From Lachnospiraceae bacterium (lineage in GTDB: Bacteria > Bacillota > Clostridia > Lachnospirales > Lachnospiraceae): a stretch of 64,000 nucleotides of DNA. A program made the translations under genes and the position numbers. The DNA lies in NCBI GenBank assembly GCA_017465095.1, contig JAFTWX010000045.1:20891-84890 (forward strand), written 5' to 3'. The first letter of the stretch is position 1. Each line of letters opens with the position of its first letter. The notes beneath the pieces were generated by a model. That model ran no database searches and was not told the origin of the DNA. It saw nothing but the letters and a program-made list of their open reading frames with translations. Shown here piece after piece: positions 37,901-44,711 of the stretch.

Positions 37901-38194
37901 TTCTACTGCCTGAACCGTTTCTTCCAATTTAATAGAAAGCTCACAAAGAGAATAAACGATCTTGCGGGATTTATTTTGAAGCTCGTACGCCATAAGAAGA
38001 ATCTCTTTGCTGTCTTCATAACGTCTGTTCATCTTATAAAGCTCACTGACTTTACAGAGCATGACAACGCTGCGCACTCTTCTCCAGTCTATGGTATCTG
38101 CAATTTTTACAGCTTCCACATATTGTTTTTTCTCAATGAGATCATTAATTTCCTCTGCCCGGATTCGGTATTCATACTTATCCAATTCATTCAC
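34931..38194 (-). CDS. 1087-aa protein: N-terminal TPR-like helical repeats, long Glu-rich tandem-repeat spacer, C-terminal AAA+-like domain with degenerate Walker A
   Basis: The first roughly 200 aa are TPR-like (…AVEYYKEFIKIAPRD…). The central part has EEIPE(T/I)EEIAEVEE repeats. The C-terminus reads VVITGENGIDKRKIAKNIVL where GxxGxGKT/S would be expected, then ALIIENAG (Walker-B-like) and a lid-like region. Confidence 0.6.
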   Translation of the reverse strand: MNELDKYEYRIRAEEINDLIEKKQYVEAVKIADTIDWRRVRSVVMLCKVSELYKMNRRYEDSKEILLMAYELQNKSRKIVYSLCELSIKLEETVQAVEYYKEFIKIAPRDTGRFILQYRLYEAQDVSLEERIAVLEEYKKRDYREKWAYELAYLYHRIGLATRCVEECDELILWFGEGKYVIKAMELKMLHAPLSPEQQEVYNARFMVPVMEQAEQVQEEAVAEEVEPSLSIEIKSVDATRAKTAEIPSKKVAEEASVQEEAPVSYETYEPEAYETAAYEPEMYEPENYEAESYPAEEVLSEDITYAQEEKPVEDEDADMKIVNSADDFDIQVKTIDVGDEYSTINLQEELAKNLAEMLAQEDMEALDATRALPIESIFEATSQGLNVENIENLQLQDEVVNEVINLEDTKKVPEIEEIAEVEEEEIPEIEEIAEVEEEVEIPETEEIAEVEEVEEIPETEEIAEVEEVEEIPEVEEVAEVEEEAEEIPETEEVAEVAEVEEIPETEEITEIEEEVPVAEEIPEVEPIVFGQNQPLPDAVLQALQSVAMEAAKEAAKQAAQEAAKQAAQEAAYATAEVIKEMKPEPALEEKVQPATEVIEEEPQEMVEKQITGQLSFSDIMAEWEETKKANEEKHLQEMKQRVMEQTGPLLSDFDAAARASVQSDLDMINPTLDVFSDTEDLATEVETALMEEEVAENPAEEAVAEEIPETPIEEEIVEEIPEISVAEEIPEVPETVEVIPEVPVNDIAMMAAMKAAQEAAEKSKAEAPSEDVEDRPSSFSTEEINGLEDKLMGALSQQHYDTANIQAAVLESEMASVKEEPKQEEKQPEIKQPAGPRTLTLDEKTLFGCIAPNKPLQEKVTEVLDSISLLPYTGNVVITGENGIDKRKIAKNIVLHLSKVNPAFSGKTQISTCEEFNGKDIFAIVSQLANGALIIENAGDMSGDLCNKLIKAGNEIANGGIVYILIDTKSGIERLSRTYAKANEYFNLHMDINALDNDGLVEFGKNFAKEKEYSIDDMGVLALYNRIEERQTNEHAVTVDEVKEIVLQAIEKSEKKNLSHFMDVIFAKRYDKEDMIVLREKDFMND
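36625..36960. repeat. In-frame tandem repeats of about 45 nt (about 7 copies) encoding EIPETEEIAEVEE(V)E units
   Basis: The anchor ccggaa(t/c) recurs at 36682, 36727, 36775, 36820, 36865, 36910 and 36952, with spacings of 45/48/45/45/45/42 nt. Confidence 0.85.
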
Positions 38195-38292
38195 CTCGTA
38201 AAATGTAAAAAGGTTTGATTCCTCAATGGTTCACTCCGTTTAAGTGTAACATACGACACTTGTTTAGTCAAAAAAATACGCACTTTTCCTGC

Positions 38293-39141
38293 CTATAAAA
38301 TATTAGAAAAACGAGCAAATTGTTCCAAGGTCAAAGCCTCTCCCCGCACGGACGGCGAAAGCTCCATTTCAGACAGTGCCCGAAGGACATCCTCCTTCTT
38401 TGCAACCCCTCCGTTTACCAGTCCGTTTACCAAAGTTTTCCGGCGCTGATTAAAGCTGGCTCTTATAATAGAAAACATCTTGTGCTCATTGTCCACTTTT
38501 ACCGGTGGCTCTGTATAACGGGTAAGACGTATGACAGCGCTTCCCACATTCGGCCGGGGAATGAAGCAGTTCGGAGGAACATTGGCCACGATTTTCGGTT
38601 TTGCATAATATTGCACCGCCAAAGAAAGTGCACCGTAGTCCTTCGTTCCCGGTCCTACCTTCATACGGTCCGCCACCTCTTTTTGCACCATAATCGTAAT
38701 ACTGCAAAGAGGAACCTGACTTTCAAACAAACCCATAATAATCGGTGTCGTTATGTAATATGGAAGATTGGCCACGACCTTTATGGGTTTTCCGCCGTTT
38801 CTCTCCTCCACAATTTTTGCAATATCTACCTTTAAAATGTCCTCATTAATTACCGTCACATTATCGTAGGAGGATAATGTATCCTCCAAAATCGGTATAA
38901 GATTTTTATCGATTTCAACTGCAATGACTTCCCGGGCATTTTCTGCCAGATACTGGGTCATTGTCCCGATTCCCGGACCGATTTCCAATACGCAGTCTTC
39001 CTTTGTAATTTCCGCTGCACTGATAATTTTATCAAGCACATGCGGATCAATCAAAAAATTCTGCCCGAATTTCTTTTGAAAATTAAAATTGTATTTTTGT
39101 AATACCTCTATCGTTCCCGAAGGGTTTCCCAAATAAGCCAT
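38293..39141 (-). CDS. rsmA: 16S rRNA (adenine1518/1519-N6)-dimethyltransferase
   Basis: KKFGQNFLID, the SAM motif VLEIGPGIGTMT, and NLPYYITTPI. Confidence 0.95.
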   Translation of the reverse strand: MAYLGNPSGTIEVLQKYNFNFQKKFGQNFLIDPHVLDKIISAAEITKEDCVLEIGPGIGTMTQYLAENAREVIAVEIDKNLIPILEDTLSSYDNVTVINEDILKVDIAKIVEERNGGKPIKVVANLPYYITTPIIMGLFESQVPLCSITIMVQKEVADRMKVGPGTKDYGALSLAVQYYAKPKIVANVPPNCFIPRPNVGSAVIRLTRYTEPPVKVDNEHKMFSIIRASFNQRRKTLVNGLVNGGVAKKEDVLRALSEMELSPSVRGEALTLEQFARFSNIL

Positions 39142-39176
39142 ACGCTTTTCTCTTTCCTTTTTCTGAATAATAAAAA

Positions 39177-39935
39177 TTAAATACCAAACAATCGCTCCGT
39201 ATTTTCACTTGTAATACGGATTACTTCCTCCTCACTGATTCCCTTCAGCTGCGCCATTACCTGCACTACATAAGGGATGTATAAAGAAGAATTCCGTTTT
39301 CCCCGGTTTGGCTCCGGCGCCAGATACGGACAATCCGTCTCAAGCAAAATCCGGTCCATCGGAATATAGCTGACCGCTTCCTTTAACTTTTTTGCATTTT
39401 TGAAAGTAAGGACACCTCCGATTCCGAAGGAATATCCCATTTCCAAAAACTCTCTCGCCGATTCCTTTGTGTAAGAATAACAATGGATAACACCGATGAG
39501 ATCTCCGTCGTACTCCTTCAAAATACCGATAGTATCCGCCGCTGCTTCCCTGGAATGAATCACCACCGGAAGCTTTACTTCCTTTGCCAAATCGAGCTGT
39601 CTTTGAAACCATTTTTTCTGGATTTCCCGATCGGGCTCATCCCAATAATAATCCAGCCCGATTTCTCCGATAGCCACCACCTTTTTCAGTGCACTCTTTT
39701 CTTTCAGCCACTCCATATCCGTTTCCGTCAGGTGCGCTGTGTCGCTCGGATGTACGCCGAGGGCTGCATATACAGATTCATAAGCTTCGCTGAGAGCAAG
39801 TGTTGTCCTGCAACTCTCCATAGAAGCTCCCACATTAATCACTTTCCGAATTCCACTTTCAAAAACAGACGCCAAAAGCTCCTCTCTGTCGCCATCAAAA
39901 GCCTCATCATCATAGTGTGCATGCGAATCGATCAT
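39177..39935 (-). CDS. tatD: TatD-family metal-dependent DNase/hydrolase (YabD-like)
   Basis: MIDSHAHYDDEAF, GEIGLDYYWD, VVIHSREA and LETDCPYLAP. Confidence 0.9.
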   Translation of the reverse strand: MIDSHAHYDDEAFDGDREELLASVFESGIRKVINVGASMESCRTTLALSEAYESVYAALGVHPSDTAHLTETDMEWLKEKSALKKVVAIGEIGLDYYWDEPDREIQKKWFQRQLDLAKEVKLPVVIHSREAAADTIGILKEYDGDLIGVIHCYSYTKESAREFLEMGYSFGIGGVLTFKNAKKLKEAVSYIPMDRILLETDCPYLAPEPNRGKRNSSLYIPYVVQVMAQLKGISEEEVIRITSENTERLFGI

Positions 39936-39993
39936 TACTCATGTCCTTCTTTCCCGATAAATCGCTTTTCCTGTTAAAAAATAAAAAAAATGC

Positions 39994-40022
39994 TTGCAAA
40001 CTACGTTTCATTATACTATAAT
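39994..40022 (+). promoter_or_regulatory. Sigma-A promoter candidate for tRNA-Lys
   Basis: TTGCAA, a 17-nt spacer, then TATAAT, ending about 33 nt before the mature tRNA 5' end. Confidence 0.6.
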
Positions 40023-40055
40023 AACTCTTGCGTTGTAAATAAATGAATATCGCAT

Positions 40056-40128
40056 GCGCGATTAGCTCAGTTGGTAGAGCACCTGACTCTTAATCAGGGT
40101 GTCCAGGGTTCGAGCCCCTGATCGCGCA
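40056..40128 (+). tRNA. tRNA-Lys (anticodon CTT)
   Basis: The hand-folded cloverleaf has acceptor gcgcgat/atcgcgc, D arm tagctcagttggtagagca, anticodon stem cctga/tcagg with loop ctCTTaa, T arm cagggttcgagcccctg and discriminator A. CCA is not encoded. Confidence 0.9.
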
Positions 40129-40206
40129 GTAAAGCACTGTTTTTGTGAGCATAGCCTCATGGGGATGGTGTTTTTTATTTGCTTTAATGGATTTTTCAAA
40201 AACATA

Positions 40207-40235
40207 TTGATTTTTCAAATTCACTTTATTATACT
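40207..40235 (+). promoter_or_regulatory. Sigma-A promoter candidate for the Fn3 protein gene
   Basis: TTGATT, a 17-nt spacer, then TATACT, 43 nt upstream of the ATG. Confidence 0.45.
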
Positions 40236-40277
40236 AAAGATAACTGTAAATTTTTTCAAATCATAAGGGAGGGTTTT

Positions 40278-41282
40278 ATGAAAAAAGAAAATCGTATTAT
40301 GAAAAAAATACTTGTTTTCGCCGCAGCCTTTGCTTTTTGCGCCGCTCTTCTCGGAAAACCGGTGGATACAAAAGCAGCTACATACTGGGCAGATGGTTTA
40401 AAACAGGTATCCGCCACAGAAACAAGCATCACAGTTACATGGACAGCCGTACCGGGTGTTGCAGGATATGAGCTTCGCTACGGAACGTCATCCAATATTA
40501 ATTACTCAAAAATTTCCTGTGTTGCAGCTGCTAATGCTACCAGCGCTACACTCAGCAATCTTCCGAAAAACAGTAGTTTATATGTTTTCGTTCAGCCATA
40601 TATCCTGGTAAACGGAGTAAAGAGCTACGACGGTTGCTACGATGATTATATTTGGGATGCTGTTACATTACCGACTGCACCAAACAACCTTTATGCTGAT
40701 TTCTATACGAAATCTTCCATGAAGCTTATATGGGGAGTTACTTCCATCTATGACAATACCGATGGATATGAGGTAGAAGCATATCGTATCAAAAACGGAA
40801 AAACACCAAAGAATCCAACCAAACGTCTTACCAGCACAAACCCATTTACAAACTATGTGTCATGGGGCGGTAAAACAGCTTTCCGTTATCCGTTCAAATT
40901 CCGTGTTCGTACCTATGTAACTATCAACAACCAGAAATTCTACAGTGCATGGTCTGCTTACAAACAGTGTATTCCTGGTGCAAGTATTAAAAAATCAAAA
41001 AGATATTACGGATCTTCCAGTGCCACCCTTACATGGTACAAAGTAAATTCTGCAAAATCTTACGATGTATACTGGGCAACAGGTGATTACAATGGACCTA
41101 CATCCAAATGGAAACGCGTAAAGAAAAACGTAAAAGGTACTTCTGCTACTGTAAAATACAGTAAATCTGCTAGTTACAATTACTACTATATCAAGCCGAA
41201 CAAAGTAAAAATCGGTAAGAAGAGAGTATCTGCTCCGAAGCCGACTTCTGTAAACTCATTTATTAAATGGAGAGTATACTAG
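40278..41282 (+). CDS. Secreted protein with fibronectin type III-like repeats
   Basis: GGGAGGG RBS and signal peptide MKKILVFAAAFAFCAALLG. Fn3-like units repeat (…SATETSITVTWTAVPGVAGYELRYG…, …LIWGV…DGYEVEAY…, …SATLTWYKVNSAKSYDVYW…). Confidence 0.65.
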   Translation: MKKENRIMKKILVFAAAFAFCAALLGKPVDTKAATYWADGLKQVSATETSITVTWTAVPGVAGYELRYGTSSNINYSKISCVAAANATSATLSNLPKNSSLYVFVQPYILVNGVKSYDGCYDDYIWDAVTLPTAPNNLYADFYTKSSMKLIWGVTSIYDNTDGYEVEAYRIKNGKTPKNPTKRLTSTNPFTNYVSWGGKTAFRYPFKFRVRTYVTINNQKFYSAWSAYKQCIPGASIKKSKRYYGSSSATLTWYKVNSAKSYDVYWATGDYNGPTSKWKRVKKNVKGTSATVKYSKSASYNYYYIKPNKVKIGKKRVSAPKPTSVNSFIKWRVY

Positions 41283-41308
41283 AATATTTCATGAGATAAA
41301 ATTAAGAA

Positions 41309-41338
41309 CAGGGAGAGTCAATCGACTCTCCCTGTTTT
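41309..41338. terminator. Bidirectional terminator between convergent genes
   Basis: An 11-bp stem cagggagagtc / gactctccctg with loop aatc, flanked by aa and tttt. It overlaps the stop codon of the minus-strand ATPase gene. Confidence 0.75.
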
Positions 41339-42698
41339 AATACTTCAATGTTCCTTTTGTAAGATCATCACATAAGAATGATATAAAATAAAAGGGTATT
41401 GTAAGAAGCTTTTGTTCTTTATCATATCCATAATTATTTTTTGAAACCTTTATTGCACATTCAAATTTATTATGATTTGAAAACTTTTGAAGAGAATTTA
41501 ATGTTCCCCTTCCTTTTTTTACGTCAATCGGATAAATCTTATTATTAGACGGCACAATAAACTCCAACTCTGCTGATGCTTTTCCTCTCCAATAAAATAA
41601 CTTATGTTCTCTGGCAATCAGTTCATTGGCAATGAAATTTTCAAAAAATATACCGGACAAAGTACTTTTCCCTTCTTCTGATATAAAAGAAGCTGCATTG
41701 ATACCACTCTGATAGGAAAACATACCAATGTCTCCCAAAAACAAACGGAAATTACTCTCTTTATCCGGAAGGAGCGGTAATACAATATGTTCCTTTAACT
41801 GAAACGACTGATTCACAACATGCGCCATTGTAAGCCATTGAATAGAAGTTGCAAAATCCCTTGTCTTACTTTTTTCTTCAATAAATCCGGGTGAAAAATT
41901 TTTAGATTCTTTATTTAGTTCTTTATAAATATTTTGAAACAGATTACGTGAACGTAAAATCGCCTCCTGGCTTGCCTGATATAACTCCATATCCGCAAGA
42001 TAATTATCATATAGAACTTTTAAAATTTCCCGTGATTCAAATAGATTTTCTTCATCAATATAAGCTTCTACTGCTTCAGGCATACCTCCTACCAACAAGT
42101 ATTTGTACACTTGTTCCATTGCCAATTCATGTATTTTTTTATCAAGAGGAGTTTTATTTTCATAAGCACTCTTTATTGTCTCATAAAGTACCCTATTACT
42201 ATTTATCAAAAATTCATCAAATGTCATAGGATAAATTGTAATTTGATTTATTTTTCCCACCGGAAAAAGAAATTTATTGTTTTCTTTTGATCCTCTCTTT
42301 CTTGTTTCTCTTTGAAGTTTAATTCGCACCATGGAACCGGTTGCTATGATTGGGATTTCTCTATATTCCTGACAAAAATATTTCAAGGAAGATATAATAT
42401 TCGGACACTCCTGTACTTCATCGAAAATCAAAAGAGTATTTTGATTAATCTGCTTTCCTTTTAAAAGAGAAATATATTCAATAATTTTTTTAGCATTAGC
42501 TGTCTGTGAACAAAATTCACGAACTTCATCCTCTATTTTACAATCAATATATATATATCTGTCCTTATAATATGTTTCAGCAAAAATTTTCTGAATCAGA
42601 TAAGTTTTTCCAACCTGTCTCGCACCCCAAACAATCAGTGGTTTTTTACGTTTATTATCATTCCAATTTATCAATTGTTGTAATGCATTTCTCTCCAT
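41337..42698 (-). CDS. AAA+ superfamily ATPase (COG1373/DUF4143-type ATP-binding protein)
   Basis: The start was trimmed to MERNALQQLINWNDNKRKKPLIVWGARQVGKTYL (Walker A). LLIFDEVQ is Walker B. The gene is very AT-rich: hand counts give 13/60 and 15/60 G+C. Confidence 0.75.
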   Translation of the reverse strand: MERNALQQLINWNDNKRKKPLIVWGARQVGKTYLIQKIFAETYYKDRYIYIDCKIEDEVREFCSQTANAKKIIEYISLLKGKQINQNTLLIFDEVQECPNIISSLKYFCQEYREIPIIATGSMVRIKLQRETRKRGSKENNKFLFPVGKINQITIYPMTFDEFLINSNRVLYETIKSAYENKTPLDKKIHELAMEQVYKYLLVGGMPEAVEAYIDEENLFESREILKVLYDNYLADMELYQASQEAILRSRNLFQNIYKELNKESKNFSPGFIEEKSKTRDFATSIQWLTMAHVVNQSFQLKEHIVLPLLPDKESNFRLFLGDIGMFSYQSGINAASFISEEGKSTLSGIFFENFIANELIAREHKLFYWRGKASAELEFIVPSNNKIYPIDVKKGRGTLNSLQKFSNHNKFECAIKVSKNNYGYDKEQKLLTIPFYFISFLCDDLTKGTLKY

Positions 42699-42741
42699 AA
42701 AAGAAACCCCCCATCCTTGTAATAAATATATTTTATTATAA

Positions 42742-42829
42742 TTTGCACCTTTTAACAAGTTTTTTAAATAGTTTTTTGCACTTTTTTATATGTTTTTTTA
42801 TTAGTTTTTTGCACTTTTTTAATTTTTTT
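42742..42829. repeat. Phased direct repeats / T-tracts upstream of the AAA+ ATPase gene
   Basis: The 20-mer TAGTTTTTTGCACTTTTTTA occurs perfectly twice (42769-42788 and 42802-42821). A third TTTGCAC core sits at 42742-42748, so the G of GCAC falls at 42745, 42778 and 42811, exactly 33 bp apart. T6-7 tracts recur about every 10-11 bp. Confidence 0.8.
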
Positions 42830-42831
42830 AT

Positions 42832-42880
42832 AAAAAATCGGTGTAATCCGGTTTGTAAACCAAATTACACCGTCTTTTTT
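42832..42880. terminator. Bidirectional terminator downstream of rubrerythrin
   Basis: The stem cggtgtaat / attacaccg has an inner ggttt/aaacc extension and is flanked by aaaaaat and tctttttt. Confidence 0.7.
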
Positions 42881-42883
42881 ATT

Positions 42884-43426
42884 TTAATAATTCTCAGCTT
42901 TAATCTGGAAATAAGCCTGCGGGTGTGCACATACCGGGCAAACCTCCGGTGCTTTCTGTCCGACACAGATATGTCCGCAGTTAGAACACTGCCAAATCAT
43001 ATCATTATCTCTGGAGAATACAAGTCCGCCTTCAATATTGGCAACAAGCTTACGATATCTCTCTTCATGTTCTTTCTCAATTGCAGCTACACCTTCGAAT
43101 AATGCTGCAATATCATTAAAACCTTCTTCTCTCGCTTCTTTTGCAAAAGTAGCATACATATCAGTCCACTCAAAATTCTCACCTTCTGCAGCATCTTTTA
43201 AATTATCTAAAGTTGCTCCGATAGATCCGCCATGTAACAATTTAAACCACATTTTTGCATGTTCTCTCTCATTTGCAGCTGTCTCTTCAAAAATATTGGC
43301 AATCTGTACATATCCGTCTTTTTTTGCTTTTGACGCATAGTAAGAATACTTATTCGTTGCCTGTGACTCGCCTGCAAATGCAGCCATTAAATTTGCTTCT
43401 GTTCTTGTTCCTTTTAAATCTGCCAT
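42884..43426 (-). CDS. rbr: Rubrerythrin
   Basis: The ferritin-like diiron domain has ...GESQATNKY...EREHAKMW...EKEHEERY. The C-terminal rubredoxin-like motif is CSNCG...CPVC. Confidence 0.92.
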   Translation of the reverse strand: MADLKGTRTEANLMAAFAGESQATNKYSYYASKAKKDGYVQIANIFEETAANEREHAKMWFKLLHGGSIGATLDNLKDAAEGENFEWTDMYATFAKEAREEGFNDIAALFEGVAAIEKEHEERYRKLVANIEGGLVFSRDNDMIWQCSNCGHICVGQKAPEVCPVCAHPQAYFQIKAENY

Positions 43427-43453
43427 AATGATACCTCCATAATTTTTATATTA

Positions 43454-44635
43454 TTATTTTACAACTTTTTCATCCCTTGTAAACAAAAGTTTTAAACTGA
43501 TCGGTGTCAAAACAGATGAAACTATTATAAGTAAAATAACCGATGTAAAATATACCGGTTCCACTAATCCGGAGGATAATCCTTTCTGCGCTACAATAAG
43601 TGCTACCTCTCCGCGTGTCATCATTCCGATACCGATTTTCAGTGAATCGGACCAGTTAAATTTACATATTTTCGATATCAGTCCGCATCCGACAATTTTT
43701 GACAAAAGAGCAACAATCACAAATCCGACAGAAAACAGTAAAATCGGAAGATTCATATCATGAAGTTCTGTTTTAAGTCCGATCGATGCGAAAAATACCG
43801 GTCCGAACAGCATATAAGAATTAATATCCATTTTTTCTGCAATATAATCGGAATCCCGAATACTGCAAAGAATAATTCCGGCAAAATATGCTCCGGTAAT
43901 ATCTGCAATACCGAAAACTGCTTCCGCAATGTATGCAAGAGCAAAACAATAGGAAAGTCCGGCTATCGGAATTCTTCTTGTGTGAGGATATTTTTTATCG
44001 ATCACTTTAAATATTTTGTAACTGATGTATCCGACACAAAGTGCAAATGCAAAGAATAAAAGTGTGTTAATTACCACTTTTCCCGGTTGTGCATCCGGAT
44101 TTTTAAACCCGATGACGAAGGTGAGAACCATAATACCTATAATGTCATCGATAATCGCTGCGCTGATGATTGTTGTACCTATCTTTGATTTTAATTTACC
44201 CATTTCTTTCAAGGAAGATACGGTAATGCTGACACTGGTAGCTGTCATAATCGTTCCGATAAAAACAGCTTTGTAAAATCCTTCGCTTCCCCAAGGGGAT
44301 GCACCATAATAGCACATATAAAATATTGCACCCGATACAAGAGGAACTGCAACTCCGCAGCATGCAATCAAAAATGCAATCGGGCCGGTTTTCATCAGCT
44401 CTTTTAAATCCGTTCCGAGTCCGGCGCTGAACATTAAGAGAACCACACCGATTTCTGCCATCTGTATTAAAAAATCCGTCTGATTGACAATTCCCAAAAC
44501 ACTCGGTCCGATAATAAGTCCCGCAACAATTTCTCCCACAACCTGCGGTGCTTTACATTTTCTTGCTATAAGACCAAAAAACTTAGCGGCGATAATAATA
44601 ATCGCTAAGTCCATAAATATAGCATATGCTTCCAT
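43454..44635 (-). CDS. Cation:proton antiporter (CPA2 / Na+/H+ exchanger family), membrane domain only
   Basis: 393 aa and polytopic. The N-terminus is AKFFGLIARKCKAPQVVGEIVAGLIIGPSVLG. Confidence 0.85.
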   Translation of the reverse strand: MEAYAIFMDLAIIIIAAKFFGLIARKCKAPQVVGEIVAGLIIGPSVLGIVNQTDFLIQMAEIGVVLLMFSAGLGTDLKELMKTGPIAFLIACCGVAVPLVSGAIFYMCYYGASPWGSEGFYKAVFIGTIMTATSVSITVSSLKEMGKLKSKIGTTIISAAIIDDIIGIMVLTFVIGFKNPDAQPGKVVINTLLFFAFALCVGYISYKIFKVIDKKYPHTRRIPIAGLSYCFALAYIAEAVFGIADITGAYFAGIILCSIRDSDYIAEKMDINSYMLFGPVFFASIGLKTELHDMNLPILLFSVGFVIVALLSKIVGCGLISKICKFNWSDSLKIGIGMMTRGEVALIVAQKGLSSGLVEPVYFTSVILLIIVSSVLTPISLKLLFTRDEKVVK

Positions 44636-44672
44636 TTTTTCATCTCCTCATATTTTTACTTTATTACGTTAT

Positions 44673-44708
44673 AAATTGCGGCGATAAAAAATCGCCGCAA
44701 TTTTTTTT
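44673..44708. terminator. Hairpin terminator downstream of gyrA
   Basis: aaattgcggcgat-aaaa-atcgccgcaattt has T8 on the plus side and only UUUAU on the minus (gyrA) side. Confidence 0.55.
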
Positions 44709-44711
44709 AAT

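Noticed and set aside
40056-41340. I considered tRNA-Lys as the attachment site of a genomic island covering the GC-richer left part.
   Set aside because: No integrase, excisionase or duplicated tRNA 3' fragment was seen. The left part carries core genes (glpK, glgB, rsmA, tatD) oriented with replication. It is kept only as a compositional observation.
43427-43470. I looked for a PerR/Fur-type box upstream of rubrerythrin.
   Set aside because: The AT-rich stretch (aaaataataatataaaaattat) is not a convincing 7-1-7 palindrome, and the gap to the upstream gene is only 27 nt.
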